Source of the DNA: Spirochaetota bacterium
GTDB lineage: Bacteria; Spirochaetota; UBA4802; UBA5550
Length of the DNA stretch: 38,176 nt
Assembly (NCBI GenBank): GCA_050298055.1
Contig: JBNKTL010000049.1
Span: 1-38,176 of the forward strand
Reading direction: 5' to 3'
The notes beneath the pieces were generated by a model. It worked only from the letters and a program-made list of their open reading frames with translations. It was not told the origin of the DNA and searched no databases. Positions 27,120 through 35,362 of the stretch are shown piece by piece (position 1 is the stretch's first letter; every line of letters starts with the position of its first letter). Position numbers and translations under genes: made by a program.

Positions 27120-27564
27120 TCTTATTATACGGAAAGCCGTGAAGAACGACATCCCCCACCTGGTGGAGCTCCTCCGCCAGCTCTTTTCCATAGAAGAGGA
27201 CTTTACTTTTGACAGGGTTAAGCAGGAGAAGGGACTCAAGAGCTTAATGGATTCTCCCGGCGGACATATCCTTGCCGCGTATCACGGGGAAAGAGCGGTG
27301 GGGATGTGTACATTACAGGTGCTCATCTCAACAGCCGAGGGTGGAGAAGCGGGGCTGGTGGAGGACATGGTTGTTCTCGAAGAGTACAGGCAGAGAGGAA
27401 TAGGAAAGATGCTCATGGAAGGGATTGTGGAGCTTGCGGAAAGCCTGGGACTGAAAAGGCTGCAGCTCCTTGCGGACAAAAATAATATCCCCGCCCTTGA
27501 TTTTTATAAAAAAATCGGATGGATGTCAACAGAACTGATCTGCCTGAGAAAAAGAAAATTTTGA
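27112..27564 (+). CDS. GNAT family N-acetyltransferase
   Basis: 'VEDMVV.EEYRQRGIGK', 'N.PALDFYKKIGW'; start overlaps the upstream stop. Confidence 0.9.
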   Translation: MNDLIIRKAVKNDIPHLVELLRQLFSIEEDFTFDRVKQEKGLKSLMDSPGGHILAAYHGERAVGMCTLQVLISTAEGGEAGLVEDMVVLEEYRQRGIGKMLMEGIVELAESLGLKRLQLLADKNNIPALDFYKKIGWMSTELICLRKRKF

Positions 27565-27652
27565 ATTTTGAGTGTTAAATGATAAATGAAAGAGCTGAAG
27601 AAGTGCCGTGTAACTGTCACAGCAAATGAAGAGTGGTCATCTGTGAGTAACG

Positions 27653-29212
27653 TTACTTCTTTCTGTACCGGTACTTTTTGGGGTTGATCTTCAGCTTGTT
27701 TATCCTCAGCCGAAGAATTCTCTCCGTTATCTTCAGCTCCTTTGCCGTATCGGTAATATTTCCGCTGGAGTTTTTCAATGCTTCAACGATCATCTCATGT
27801 TCCACCGATTCGATCCTCTTCTTGAGGCCCCAGCCTGACTCCGTACCGCTGGATTCCGCGGACTGGAGGGTGGGGGGAAGGTTATATGAATGGATAACAT
27901 CATCATCACTGAGAATGACCCCTCTTTCAATACAGTTCTCGAGCTCTCTCACATTGCCCGGCCAGTGATAGCTCATAAGGAGGTCGATGGCGGGAGTTGA
28001 TATTCTTTTAATGTTTTTATTGTTGTCCTTGTTCATCTTATCCAGAAAGTAATTTGCCAGGAGAAGAATATCGGTCTTTCTTTCCCGCAGGGGAGGAACG
28101 GTAATTGAAAAAACATTGAGCCTGTAGTAGAGGTCTTCCCTGAATTCACCCTTTTTCACTAGTTCCGGGAGGTCCCTGTTGGTTGCCGCGATGACCCGTA
28201 TGTCAACATGAATACTGTCTACGCCTCCAACCCGTTCAAATTCCCTCTCCTGAAGGACACGGAGGAGTTTTGCCTGGAGAGAGAGGGATATTTCTCCGAT
28301 CTCATCCAGAAAGATTGTCCCCTTATTGGCCAGTTCAAACCGCCCTTTTTTCGTGGTGATTGCGTCGCTGAACGCCCCCTTTTCGTGTCCAAAGAGCTCA
28401 CTCTCTATGATGCTTTCCGGAAGGGCCGCGCAGTTGAACTTTATAAAGGGGTATTCGGCCCGGGGACTGTTGTAGTGTATCGCATTGGCAACAAGCTCCT
28501 TTCCCACCCCGCTTTCACCCAGGATCAGGGTTGTTGTGTTGCCGGATGAAATTTTTTCTATCATCCGGTAGACCTCCCTCATGGCTTTGGAATTGCCGAT
28601 GATATTTGAGGGATGAAATTTCTGTTTCAGCTCCGCATTGAGTCTTCTGTTTTCATCCTGGAGTTCCTGGTTCTCTTCATATTTGAGCTGGTAGAGCCTG
28701 ACCGTCCTGGCGATCATGGAGGCAATAATTGAGAGAAACCTTACGTCATTGAGGAGATGCTCATGTTCGCAGAGGGGATGTTCAACACTCAGTGTCCCGA
28801 TGACTTCAACGCCGGTTTTAATGGGCACACAGATAAAGGAGAGGTCGGTCTTCGCGGACTTTTCCTTGAGGCTTGCCCTGTTCAGGAATTCCGGTTCTTC
28901 GGTAATTTTCCCCACGATAATCGGTTCACCCGATTCAACAACCTTTCCGGTGATCCCTTCCCCCAGCCAGTATATTCCCCTGTTGATCTCTTCATGGGTA
29001 AGGCCGAAAGCGTCCTGTATAAAGATATGACCGGTCCTTCTGTTGTATATTGTCAGCATTCCCCTGATCAGGTCCATGTTTTCGGACATGATGTTCAGAA
29101 TGGACCGAAAGATGTCCCTGATCGGTCTCTCCTCAAGAAGCGCCCTGCTGATGCTGTAGAGGATCGATATTTTCCCGGAAACATCCACATTATTTATGAC
29201 TGTTGTTCCCAT
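27653..29212 (-). CDS. NifA-like GAF-AAA+-HTH sigma-54-dependent activator
   Basis: GAF ('GEGITGKV'), GESGVGKE, 'ESELFGHEKGAFSDA', 'WPGNVRELEN', Fis HTH; GGAGA SD before ATG 29212. Confidence 0.9.
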   Translation of the reverse strand: MGTTVINNVDVSGKISILYSISRALLEERPIRDIFRSILNIMSENMDLIRGMLTIYNRRTGHIFIQDAFGLTHEEINRGIYWLGEGITGKVVESGEPIIVGKITEEPEFLNRASLKEKSAKTDLSFICVPIKTGVEVIGTLSVEHPLCEHEHLLNDVRFLSIIASMIARTVRLYQLKYEENQELQDENRRLNAELKQKFHPSNIIGNSKAMREVYRMIEKISSGNTTTLILGESGVGKELVANAIHYNSPRAEYPFIKFNCAALPESIIESELFGHEKGAFSDAITTKKGRFELANKGTIFLDEIGEISLSLQAKLLRVLQEREFERVGGVDSIHVDIRVIAATNRDLPELVKKGEFREDLYYRLNVFSITVPPLRERKTDILLLANYFLDKMNKDNNKNIKRISTPAIDLLMSYHWPGNVRELENCIERGVILSDDDVIHSYNLPPTLQSAESSGTESGWGLKKRIESVEHEMIVEALKNSSGNITDTAKELKITERILRLRINKLKINPKKYRYRKK

Positions 29213-29435
29213 TTTTCTCCATGCCAAAAAATCTCATGGTTTCAATGTATCATACCGGTGCTTTTAGTCAAATTTTATTGCCCGGGAACAGTCTCATATC
29301 TGCCTAATTTTACATTATGGTAACATAAAGCCTTCCATTTCGGGGATAATGGGCAATTTGGTTTGATTTACGGTGTTGAATTTATATGTAAATTTGCCAC
29401 TGATGTTGGTTTAATTCCCTGTTAGGGAAAAGAGA

Positions 29436-29581
29436 TTTCACACAGAGGGCGCAGAGGGCACAAAGGAAGAGGGAGAAGATTATTAAACCGCCAAGACGCC
29501 AGGTTCGCAAAGGAAGAGAGTTATTCATTTAAGAGTTTTTTCTTGAATAAAAACTAAACTTTGTGAGCTCTGTGTGAAACA
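29436..29581. repeat. Inverted pair of 9-nt-period repeats
   Basis: TTTCACACAGAG (29436) is complementary to CTCTGTGTGAAA (29568); TGTGAGCTCTGTGTGAAACA is identical to 6000-6019. Confidence 0.7.
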
Positions 29582-29626
29582 TGAAAAGTTTTTCCCTCAT
29601 CCCCTTTTTGCGCAACTTTTCAACAG

Positions 29627-30205
29627 TCAGTTCAATGAGAATGAGAGGGGGAAAGTGACCCGTGTCAGTGTAGGGGGTTTCGGCAGGCCTGAGAGGCTCA
29701 GGACCGCTTTTACCGCGCATTTGTCAAGAACGGGATAACCGGAACTCTTTTTCACTGTTACATTATAGACTTTCCCTTCAGTATTCAGGAAAAAGGTGAT
29801 ATGTGTTTTACCGGTCCATCCCATCCTGCGGGCGATTGCGGGATAGTTGATGATACTCATTATTCGCGCTTTAATTGTTCCAAGATGTTGTTTAATATAG
29901 ATACTGTCCGCACCGTCAATACCGTTTTTTACGCCGTATTTTTTTTCATCGCTCCGGGTGTCTTTCTGGTTTGAAATTGCCGGTGAATTGGAGCTGTCCC
30001 TCTCCTGATGGATTTTTTTTGTCTTCTCATCTTCCAGAAGAGACTCATCGAGGCTGTTCCCCTTTGGTACAAAATCATAAACAAAAGAAACATCCAGCCT
30101 GTAAGGGTCCGGTCTGCCTGAAATTTTATCAAATGCGTATATGGAGACCCCCAGGAGCCCGTGAAAAATAATGGAAAAAGCGACACCCATATAAGTTGCT
30201 CTCAT
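29627..30205 (-). CDS. tonB: Energy transducer TonB
   Basis: N-terminal TM 'SIIFHG'; C-terminal 'YPAIARRMGWTG...KSSGYPVLD..A'; ATGA overlap with exbD. Confidence 0.9.
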   Translation of the reverse strand: MRATYMGVAFSIIFHGLLGVSIYAFDKISGRPDPYRLDVSFVYDFVPKGNSLDESLLEDEKTKKIHQERDSSNSPAISNQKDTRSDEKKYGVKNGIDGADSIYIKQHLGTIKARIMSIINYPAIARRMGWTGKTHITFFLNTEGKVYNVTVKKSSGYPVLDKCAVKAVLSLSGLPKPPTLTRVTFPLSFSLN

Positions 30206-30591
30206 CTCTTTTCCTCCGTCTGCAGACTGACATTATTGAACCCGGCCTTCTTAACGCAGCCCAGGACACCGACAAAAAGTTCCAGATGGATGCTTTTATC
30301 CGCCCTGATCACCATGGGAACGTCCCGGGAGAGGGACTCAATGCTCTTGCTCAATTCCCCAATGGAAACCGGTCTGGCATTGTAAAAAATCTGTTCTTCT
30401 CTGTCAATTTCAATCAGCTTTCGGCTGTCATTTTGTGAAATTTTCTTCTGATTTTTTTCCGCTTTGGGAAGTTCTACGGGAATCAAACCGGACGCAATAA
30501 AGGTAGAAGTTGTTAAAACGATGGTCAAAAGGACCAGCATCACGTCTACCAGGGGGATAACATTCATATAATCAAATTCTTTTTCATCCAT
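30202..30591 (-). CDS. exbD: Biopolymer transport protein ExbD
   Basis: 'NVIPLVDVMLVLL', 'IRADK'. Confidence 0.92.
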   Translation of the reverse strand: MDEKEFDYMNVIPLVDVMLVLLTIVLTTSTFIASGLIPVELPKAEKNQKKISQNDSRKLIEIDREEQIFYNARPVSIGELSKSIESLSRDVPMVIRADKSIHLELFVGVLGCVKKAGFNNVSLQTEEKR

Positions 30592-31006
30592 TTTTTATAT
30601 CCCATTCAATGAGAAAAGTTTTTACCTTCCTGAGAAGGAGGTTGTACAAAAATACGGTGGGGATTGCCACAGCCAGCCCCACTGCTGTCACTTTCATGGC
30701 AAGGGCAAGGCCGATCATTATCTTCCCGGAATCCATGACCCCTTCTTTCCCCATGGTATAAAAGGTCAGCATAATACCCAGGACCGTTCCCAGGAGACCA
30801 ATGTAGGGTGCGTTGCTTCCAACGGAAGCCATCAAGTGGAGTTTCTTCGTGAGTTCCAGTTCAAGACTTCTTCTGTTGGGGTACTCATCTACGCGAATTT
30901 TCCTGAATACCAGGAACCTCTCCACGGCTATGGTAAGCGAGATGATGCTCATTAAGACCAGGAGCCCTATCATACCGTATTCAACAAATTCTTTCAGCCA
31001 TTCCAT
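30584..31006 (-). CDS. exbB: TonB-system energizer ExbB (short form)
   Basis: 'SNAPYIGLLGTVLGIM', 'TAVGLAVAIP'. Confidence 0.92.
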   Translation of the reverse strand: MEWLKEFVEYGMIGLLVLMSIISLTIAVERFLVFRKIRVDEYPNRRSLELELTKKLHLMASVGSNAPYIGLLGTVLGIMLTFYTMGKEGVMDSGKIMIGLALAMKVTAVGLAVAIPTVFLYNLLLRKVKTFLIEWDIKNG

Positions 31007-31094
31007 TTATCAATACCTTTAATAATTTTTTAGTTTTACTTTTAATTACTCAGTTATGTATAAGAATAATTGTATTTATAAAAAAACATAGCTG

Positions 31095-31129
31095 ATATGT
31101 TCCCGCCGCCTTCGGCGGCGGGGACATAT
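31095..31129. terminator. GC-rich hairpin, probable terminator or stabiliser between the activase and exbB
   Basis: ATATGTTCCCGCCGCC-TTC-GGCGGCGGGGACATAT in an AT-rich spacer. Confidence 0.6.
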
Positions 31130-31195
31130 TCTTTATATTTTAGTAAATAAATGTATTTTTGCCATAGAGTTGAGTCGTTATTTTTAATCACTATT

Positions 31196-32005
31196 TCACG
31201 CATGAACAGGCTCCCCCATGAAAGCGTACCGGGAAATTAAGGCGGCCCCGATGGAGGTTGTGATGTGGGGGACCTCGGGAACAGTAATGTCCCTTAAAAG
31301 TTCACTTTCTACGGCATCCACCAGTCCCCTGTTCATGGCAGGACCGCCGTCAAAAAAAATCGGGTCCCTCAGGCCGATCCTGTTTGCCAGCCGGGCGATC
31401 CTTCTGGCAATGGAGTGATGGACCCCGACCACGATCTCTGCCAGGGAATGCCCGTTTGCCAGAAGGCCGATAATCTCCGATTCCGCGAAGACCGTACATG
31501 TATTGTTAATTGTCGCTGACTTGCCCCGGGCCTTGAAATGAAGATCTCCCAGGGACTTTACGTCTGTTTCCAGGATCCGCGCCACCATTTCAAGGAACCG
31601 GCCTGTACCCGCGGCACACTTATCATTCATGACAAAATTATCACAGTGTCCCTCATCATCCAGTGAAATGACTTTAAGGTCCTGCCCGCCGATATTAATG
31701 ATAGTCTTCACCTTCTCTTTTTTGCCCGTGACTTTGCCCGCTCCAACGGCGTTGGCGGTTATTTCACTAACGGTTTCATGGGCGTTTTTTAAAAGCTTCC
31801 TGCCATAGCCGGTGGATGTAATATGAGAAACATCATCAATCTTTATTTTTTTCTCTTTCAGGAGAGAAGTAAAAGCTTTCAGGGAATTTTCATGAAAGTT
31901 CGCTCCCGTGGGATTCACGGAATGACCGATGATCTTTTCCTTCTCATCAATGATAGCTATTTTTACCGAAGTTGAACCGATATCGATGCCTGCAAAGTAT
32001 TTGAT
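31196..32005 (-). CDS. ATP-dependent activase (HgdC/BadFG, archerase family; DCCP-reductase-like)
   Basis: In-frame 'KYFAGIDIGSTSVK' lies upstream of the track start; also STGYGR, IGGQD.K, MNDKCAAGTGRFLE, CTVFAESE. Apparent start is ATC at 32005, 5 nt after GGGGAGG. Confidence 0.9.
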   Translation of the reverse strand: MKYFAGIDIGSTSVKIAIIDEKEKIIGHSVNPTGANFHENSLKAFTSLLKEKKIKIDDVSHITSTGYGRKLLKNAHETVSEITANAVGAGKVTGKKEKVKTIINIGGQDLKVISLDDEGHCDNFVMNDKCAAGTGRFLEMVARILETDVKSLGDLHFKARGKSATINNTCTVFAESEIIGLLANGHSLAEIVVGVHHSIARRIARLANRIGLRDPIFFDGGPAMNRGLVDAVESELLRDITVPEVPHITTSIGAALISRYAFMGEPVHA

Positions 32006-32020
32006 AACAACCTCCCCGAA

Positions 32021-33277
32021 TTAGTTCTTTCGTTTTTTTCTTTTTTTGATTTTTACCGATTCAATAAAGGCCTCAATCCTTGTTGTCAGCTGTCCCGTGT
32101 CTTCCCGGCTGTAATCAGACTCCATGTAGAGCAGGGGGACTTTCATTTCATTTAACAGGTTCCCTATCCCCCTCTGTTCCATTTCAAAGAGATTGCATCC
32201 GGAAAATGCCTGGTAGATGACACCGTCGATGCTGAAATGCTCGATGAGCTCTCGGATCTTGTCCTTCCTTTCTTCGTTCAGCGCGAAACAGGGGCAGGTG
32301 CACGGTTTGAGATAGGTATCGGCCACCGCGGGTACCATATCATAGAGGGCCCCTTCTTCATAATAGGGCATATCGTAGAGGATCCGTGACGACGAGCAGA
32401 CTTCATCAATGGCGATAAGTCCTCCCAGTTCCTCAACAAGGAGGGGGATCTTCAGGTTGGGGAACACGGGAGGCGAGCCGGTAAAGAGGAACCGGGGCCT
32501 TCCGGTATCTCCCTCTCCCGAAGAAACCTTCAGTTCCAGTTCATCGTTTAATTCCCGCAGGGCCTCTGTCCAGTTTTCCCTATCATCGGTGAAATAGGCG
32601 TCAGTCACCAGGAAGGCGTCCTTGCCGAAAATAGCTGCGGGTACCGATTTTCGCAGGTTATAAAATCGCCTGTATTCGTTCCTGGCCCGGTTCTTAAGGG
32701 AGATCGCCTTTCTCAGGCCGGAAGAACTTATCTTTTTCCCGGTGAATTTCATCAGGTCAACGGCAAATTCTTTCACGCTGTTCTGCCAGTAGTTCCGGGA
32801 AATCTCGTTGTCTTTCCGGGAGGGAAGCGACAGGGGATAAACGTTGTAGCCCATGTCCCTGAGCATCTCCACCGATTTTGTCTTCTGGTCGCAGGTTGTG
32901 GGGACCACCAGCATGCCGATCTCCTTCTGTGGTCCCTCCATCTGCAGGGAGCCGATAATTGCCTTCACAAGTGAGCACGACTTTGCCGGAAGGGATTCCG
33001 CTCCCAGGTTTTCATAGACGCTGCTGCCGCTGCATATTCTCAAAGGCCTTGCTCCTGCGGCGATGACCAGTTCTTCCGGGACCTGCAGGCAGGTTGTTGC
33101 CACGATCTTTTTCCCTTTTTCTGTTAAGGGGTCTCCGGAAAACTGTTTTTCCGCGTGGCTGTAAAAGTATTCCATCCCTCCGGGAATATCGGGGAAACCG
33201 TTTTTCATTTGTTCCAGGACCCTGACGGCCTCGGTCTGCACATGTTTTTGTATTTTTTTTGTTCTGGATTTTACCAT
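32021..33277 (-). CDS. 2-hydroxyacyl-CoA dehydratase family protein, double-cubane cluster protein-like
   Basis: 'CLQVPEELVIAAGA', 'CSG', 'SCSLVKA', 'TTCDQK', 'DEVCS', 'CTCPCF', 'IDGVI....GC', 'ESDYS.ED.GQL.TRIEAFIE'. Confidence 0.85.
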   Translation of the reverse strand: MVKSRTKKIQKHVQTEAVRVLEQMKNGFPDIPGGMEYFYSHAEKQFSGDPLTEKGKKIVATTCLQVPEELVIAAGARPLRICSGSSVYENLGAESLPAKSCSLVKAIIGSLQMEGPQKEIGMLVVPTTCDQKTKSVEMLRDMGYNVYPLSLPSRKDNEISRNYWQNSVKEFAVDLMKFTGKKISSSGLRKAISLKNRARNEYRRFYNLRKSVPAAIFGKDAFLVTDAYFTDDRENWTEALRELNDELELKVSSGEGDTGRPRFLFTGSPPVFPNLKIPLLVEELGGLIAIDEVCSSSRILYDMPYYEEGALYDMVPAVADTYLKPCTCPCFALNEERKDKIRELIEHFSIDGVIYQAFSGCNLFEMEQRGIGNLLNEMKVPLLYMESDYSREDTGQLTTRIEAFIESVKIKKRKKRKN

Positions 33278-34324
33278 TTAATTTTTCACTTTTCCCTTTT
33301 GGTTTTTATCACCGGAAACGGGCACGGTTTTGTCACTTTTGAATAATTTCCCGGTCCCTGTCTTTTCCTCCATTCTTTTGTTAAAGCCGGTTTCGGTGGC
33401 TTCATAAATTGTTTTCCCCAGGAAGGTGACCTTCAGGCACGTATCCTCCGGGCATGATGCCACGCACTGGAAGCACATCATGCAGTCCTCGTTGATCATG
33501 TTGCGGGTTTCAACATCATCGGCGATCTCCCTGATCCCCATGTCGCATGCCCGGAAACAGTTGCCGCACCGGGTGCATTTATCGCCGTCCTTAATGAGCC
33601 GCAGAAGCCCCAGCTTCGCAAAGAGGAACTGGAGGGCGCTCATGGGACAGAAGAGGCAGAAAAACCTCTTTTTCACGAATGAACCTGCCAGAAAAATCCC
33701 CGTGATTGCCAGTCCCAGTGATGAGAGAACGGTCTTTGTCACGGAACTGTGGTCCACTGCCAGCTGTCCCGGATCAAGGGTGAAGAGGGGAAGCAGTGTC
33801 CTCCCCGGGCAGATCATGCAGAAGGGGGTGCCCCAGTCGTGGGACAGTTTCGGCAGCCCGAAAATGGAATTCCCTATTGCCAGGGGGATCAGTATGAGAA
33901 GGGCAAGCAGGATAAATTTGATTTTGCCCAGACCTTTCATCTGTCCCGGGGTATAGGTGCTGTATCGTATTCCCAGCCCGGCCCTGAGCTTCGTGATCCA
34001 GTCCTGCAGGGTCCCCAGGGGGCAGATAAATCCGCACCACGATTTGCTGAAGAGGATAAACCAGAGGATGAAAAAGATCACAGTGATCATAATTGAAAGT
34101 GCGATGAATTTATTGAAAGGGACCGCAAACCGGTGCTGTATCCCCATGAGGAAACAGGTCCCTCCTGACTGCTCATTATAGGGACAGGTGAAGGCGGGAA
34201 TGTTCTGTCCCAGGTCAAAGGCGATATACCCTCCATAGACAAGGAGGAAAAAACTCACTATCTGGAACCAGAAGCGAAACCTCTTTATATCGGTATTGTT
34301 TATAAACTCTTTTATCCGGCTCAT
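33278..34324 (-). CDS. Membrane 4Fe-4S binding protein (NapH/MauN/YccM-like polyferredoxin)
   Basis: Multiple TMs, CxxxCP motifs (WCGFICP, FCMICP, FCLFCP), two CxxCxxCxxxC ferredoxin motifs. Confidence 0.88.
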   Translation of the reverse strand: MSRIKEFINNTDIKRFRFWFQIVSFFLLVYGGYIAFDLGQNIPAFTCPYNEQSGGTCFLMGIQHRFAVPFNKFIALSIMITVIFFILWFILFSKSWCGFICPLGTLQDWITKLRAGLGIRYSTYTPGQMKGLGKIKFILLALLILIPLAIGNSIFGLPKLSHDWGTPFCMICPGRTLLPLFTLDPGQLAVDHSSVTKTVLSSLGLAITGIFLAGSFVKKRFFCLFCPMSALQFLFAKLGLLRLIKDGDKCTRCGNCFRACDMGIREIADDVETRNMINEDCMMCFQCVASCPEDTCLKVTFLGKTIYEATETGFNKRMEEKTGTGKLFKSDKTVPVSGDKNQKGKVKN

Positions 34325-35346
34325 CTGTCAAACCGCCTCCGGTCGGTCAAAAAAATGTCCTTTTCCGGGACTTTCCGCCTCTCCCTGTAATAGAATATCC
34401 CTCCCGCCGAAAACAGGAGAAAGAGGCTCCCCACAATGAGACCGGAACTGTAGGAAGAGTAGTCCTCAATTGCCGGTTTATATCTCCAGGAGAGTGAAGA
34501 TGTGTACTTAACTTTATGAAACGGTTTTCCCGAATCTTTTCCTTTTTTGGCTTTCGTGTATTCCGCCAGCAGAATCAGCCTGCTGTTTTGACTTTTTTTG
34601 AAATGTTCCCAGCTTTTTGGGTAATAGTCCCTGATAAGTTGAAAATTAATCCTGCCCTTTTTATCTGTTCTCAGTTTTTTGGCCCAGCCCTTTCCTGTTT
34701 TAACCGTTACAACGGCGCCGGGCAGGGGCTTTCCGTAGTGTAAGACTGTTGCCTCAAAGATGTCTCCTGTCCTGGTCTTCACATGGAAGTTCCCGTCCCA
34801 GAGCCGCGCGGGGACGATCTCCAGGGGGACCTTTTCCGAAGAAAGGGGGGTCTGTCTTTTTTTGTTGTATTTATAATCGTGTCCCCACCTGCAGCTGTGC
34901 TGGATAGTTATCCACTTTGCCGTGCGGACGGTGAGGGCCCGGTTTTTCACCTTTTTGTCCGTGACATAGATGTTATTGGCCCCGTGGTTTGTCTCTCTTA
35001 TCTCTCCCTTCACGGGCATTTTTACCGTTACACTCAACCCGGTTTTGGATTCCTCAACTTCCAGATCTTTTTCCTCTCCCTGGGGGAAGACCATAAAGGC
35101 CTTCGGTTTTAAGTTGAGGTCTCCCCGGTCCAGCCGGTAGACCCTCTCCGGTTTTGCCCCGTGTTCCGATTCAAAGCGAACAGGCTTCCCGCCCCTCCCC
35201 GTGAGTACCGGGGAGAGACGGAGATATTCGGGATTATCCCCTTTTTCAGCAATTGCATGAGGTTTTGCGAAAACAACCTGCTTACTTGTCAAGGATAGTT
35301 GAGTAATAATTAGGGTAATAATTATTCCGAAAATAATCTTTTTCAT
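34321..35346 (-). CDS. Periplasmic membrane-anchored protein, DUF4198-like
   Basis: Signal peptide, 'PLEIVP', 'VL..GKPLPGAVV...TDKKGRI.F', C-terminal TM; HSCRWGH motif. Confidence 0.65.
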   Translation of the reverse strand: MKKIIFGIIITLIITQLSLTSKQVVFAKPHAIAEKGDNPEYLRLSPVLTGRGGKPVRFESEHGAKPERVYRLDRGDLNLKPKAFMVFPQGEEKDLEVEESKTGLSVTVKMPVKGEIRETNHGANNIYVTDKKVKNRALTVRTAKWITIQHSCRWGHDYKYNKKRQTPLSSEKVPLEIVPARLWDGNFHVKTRTGDIFEATVLHYGKPLPGAVVTVKTGKGWAKKLRTDKKGRINFQLIRDYYPKSWEHFKKSQNSRLILLAEYTKAKKGKDSGKPFHKVKYTSSLSWRYKPAIEDYSSYSSGLIVGSLFLLFSAGGIFYYRERRKVPEKDIFLTDRRRFDR

Positions 35347-35362
35347 TTTAAACCCTGCATGG

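Noticed and set aside
31030..31062. Second NikR site upstream of exbB
   Set aside because: GTTTTAC-N13-GTTATGT matches poorly in the second half, within AT-rich sequence.
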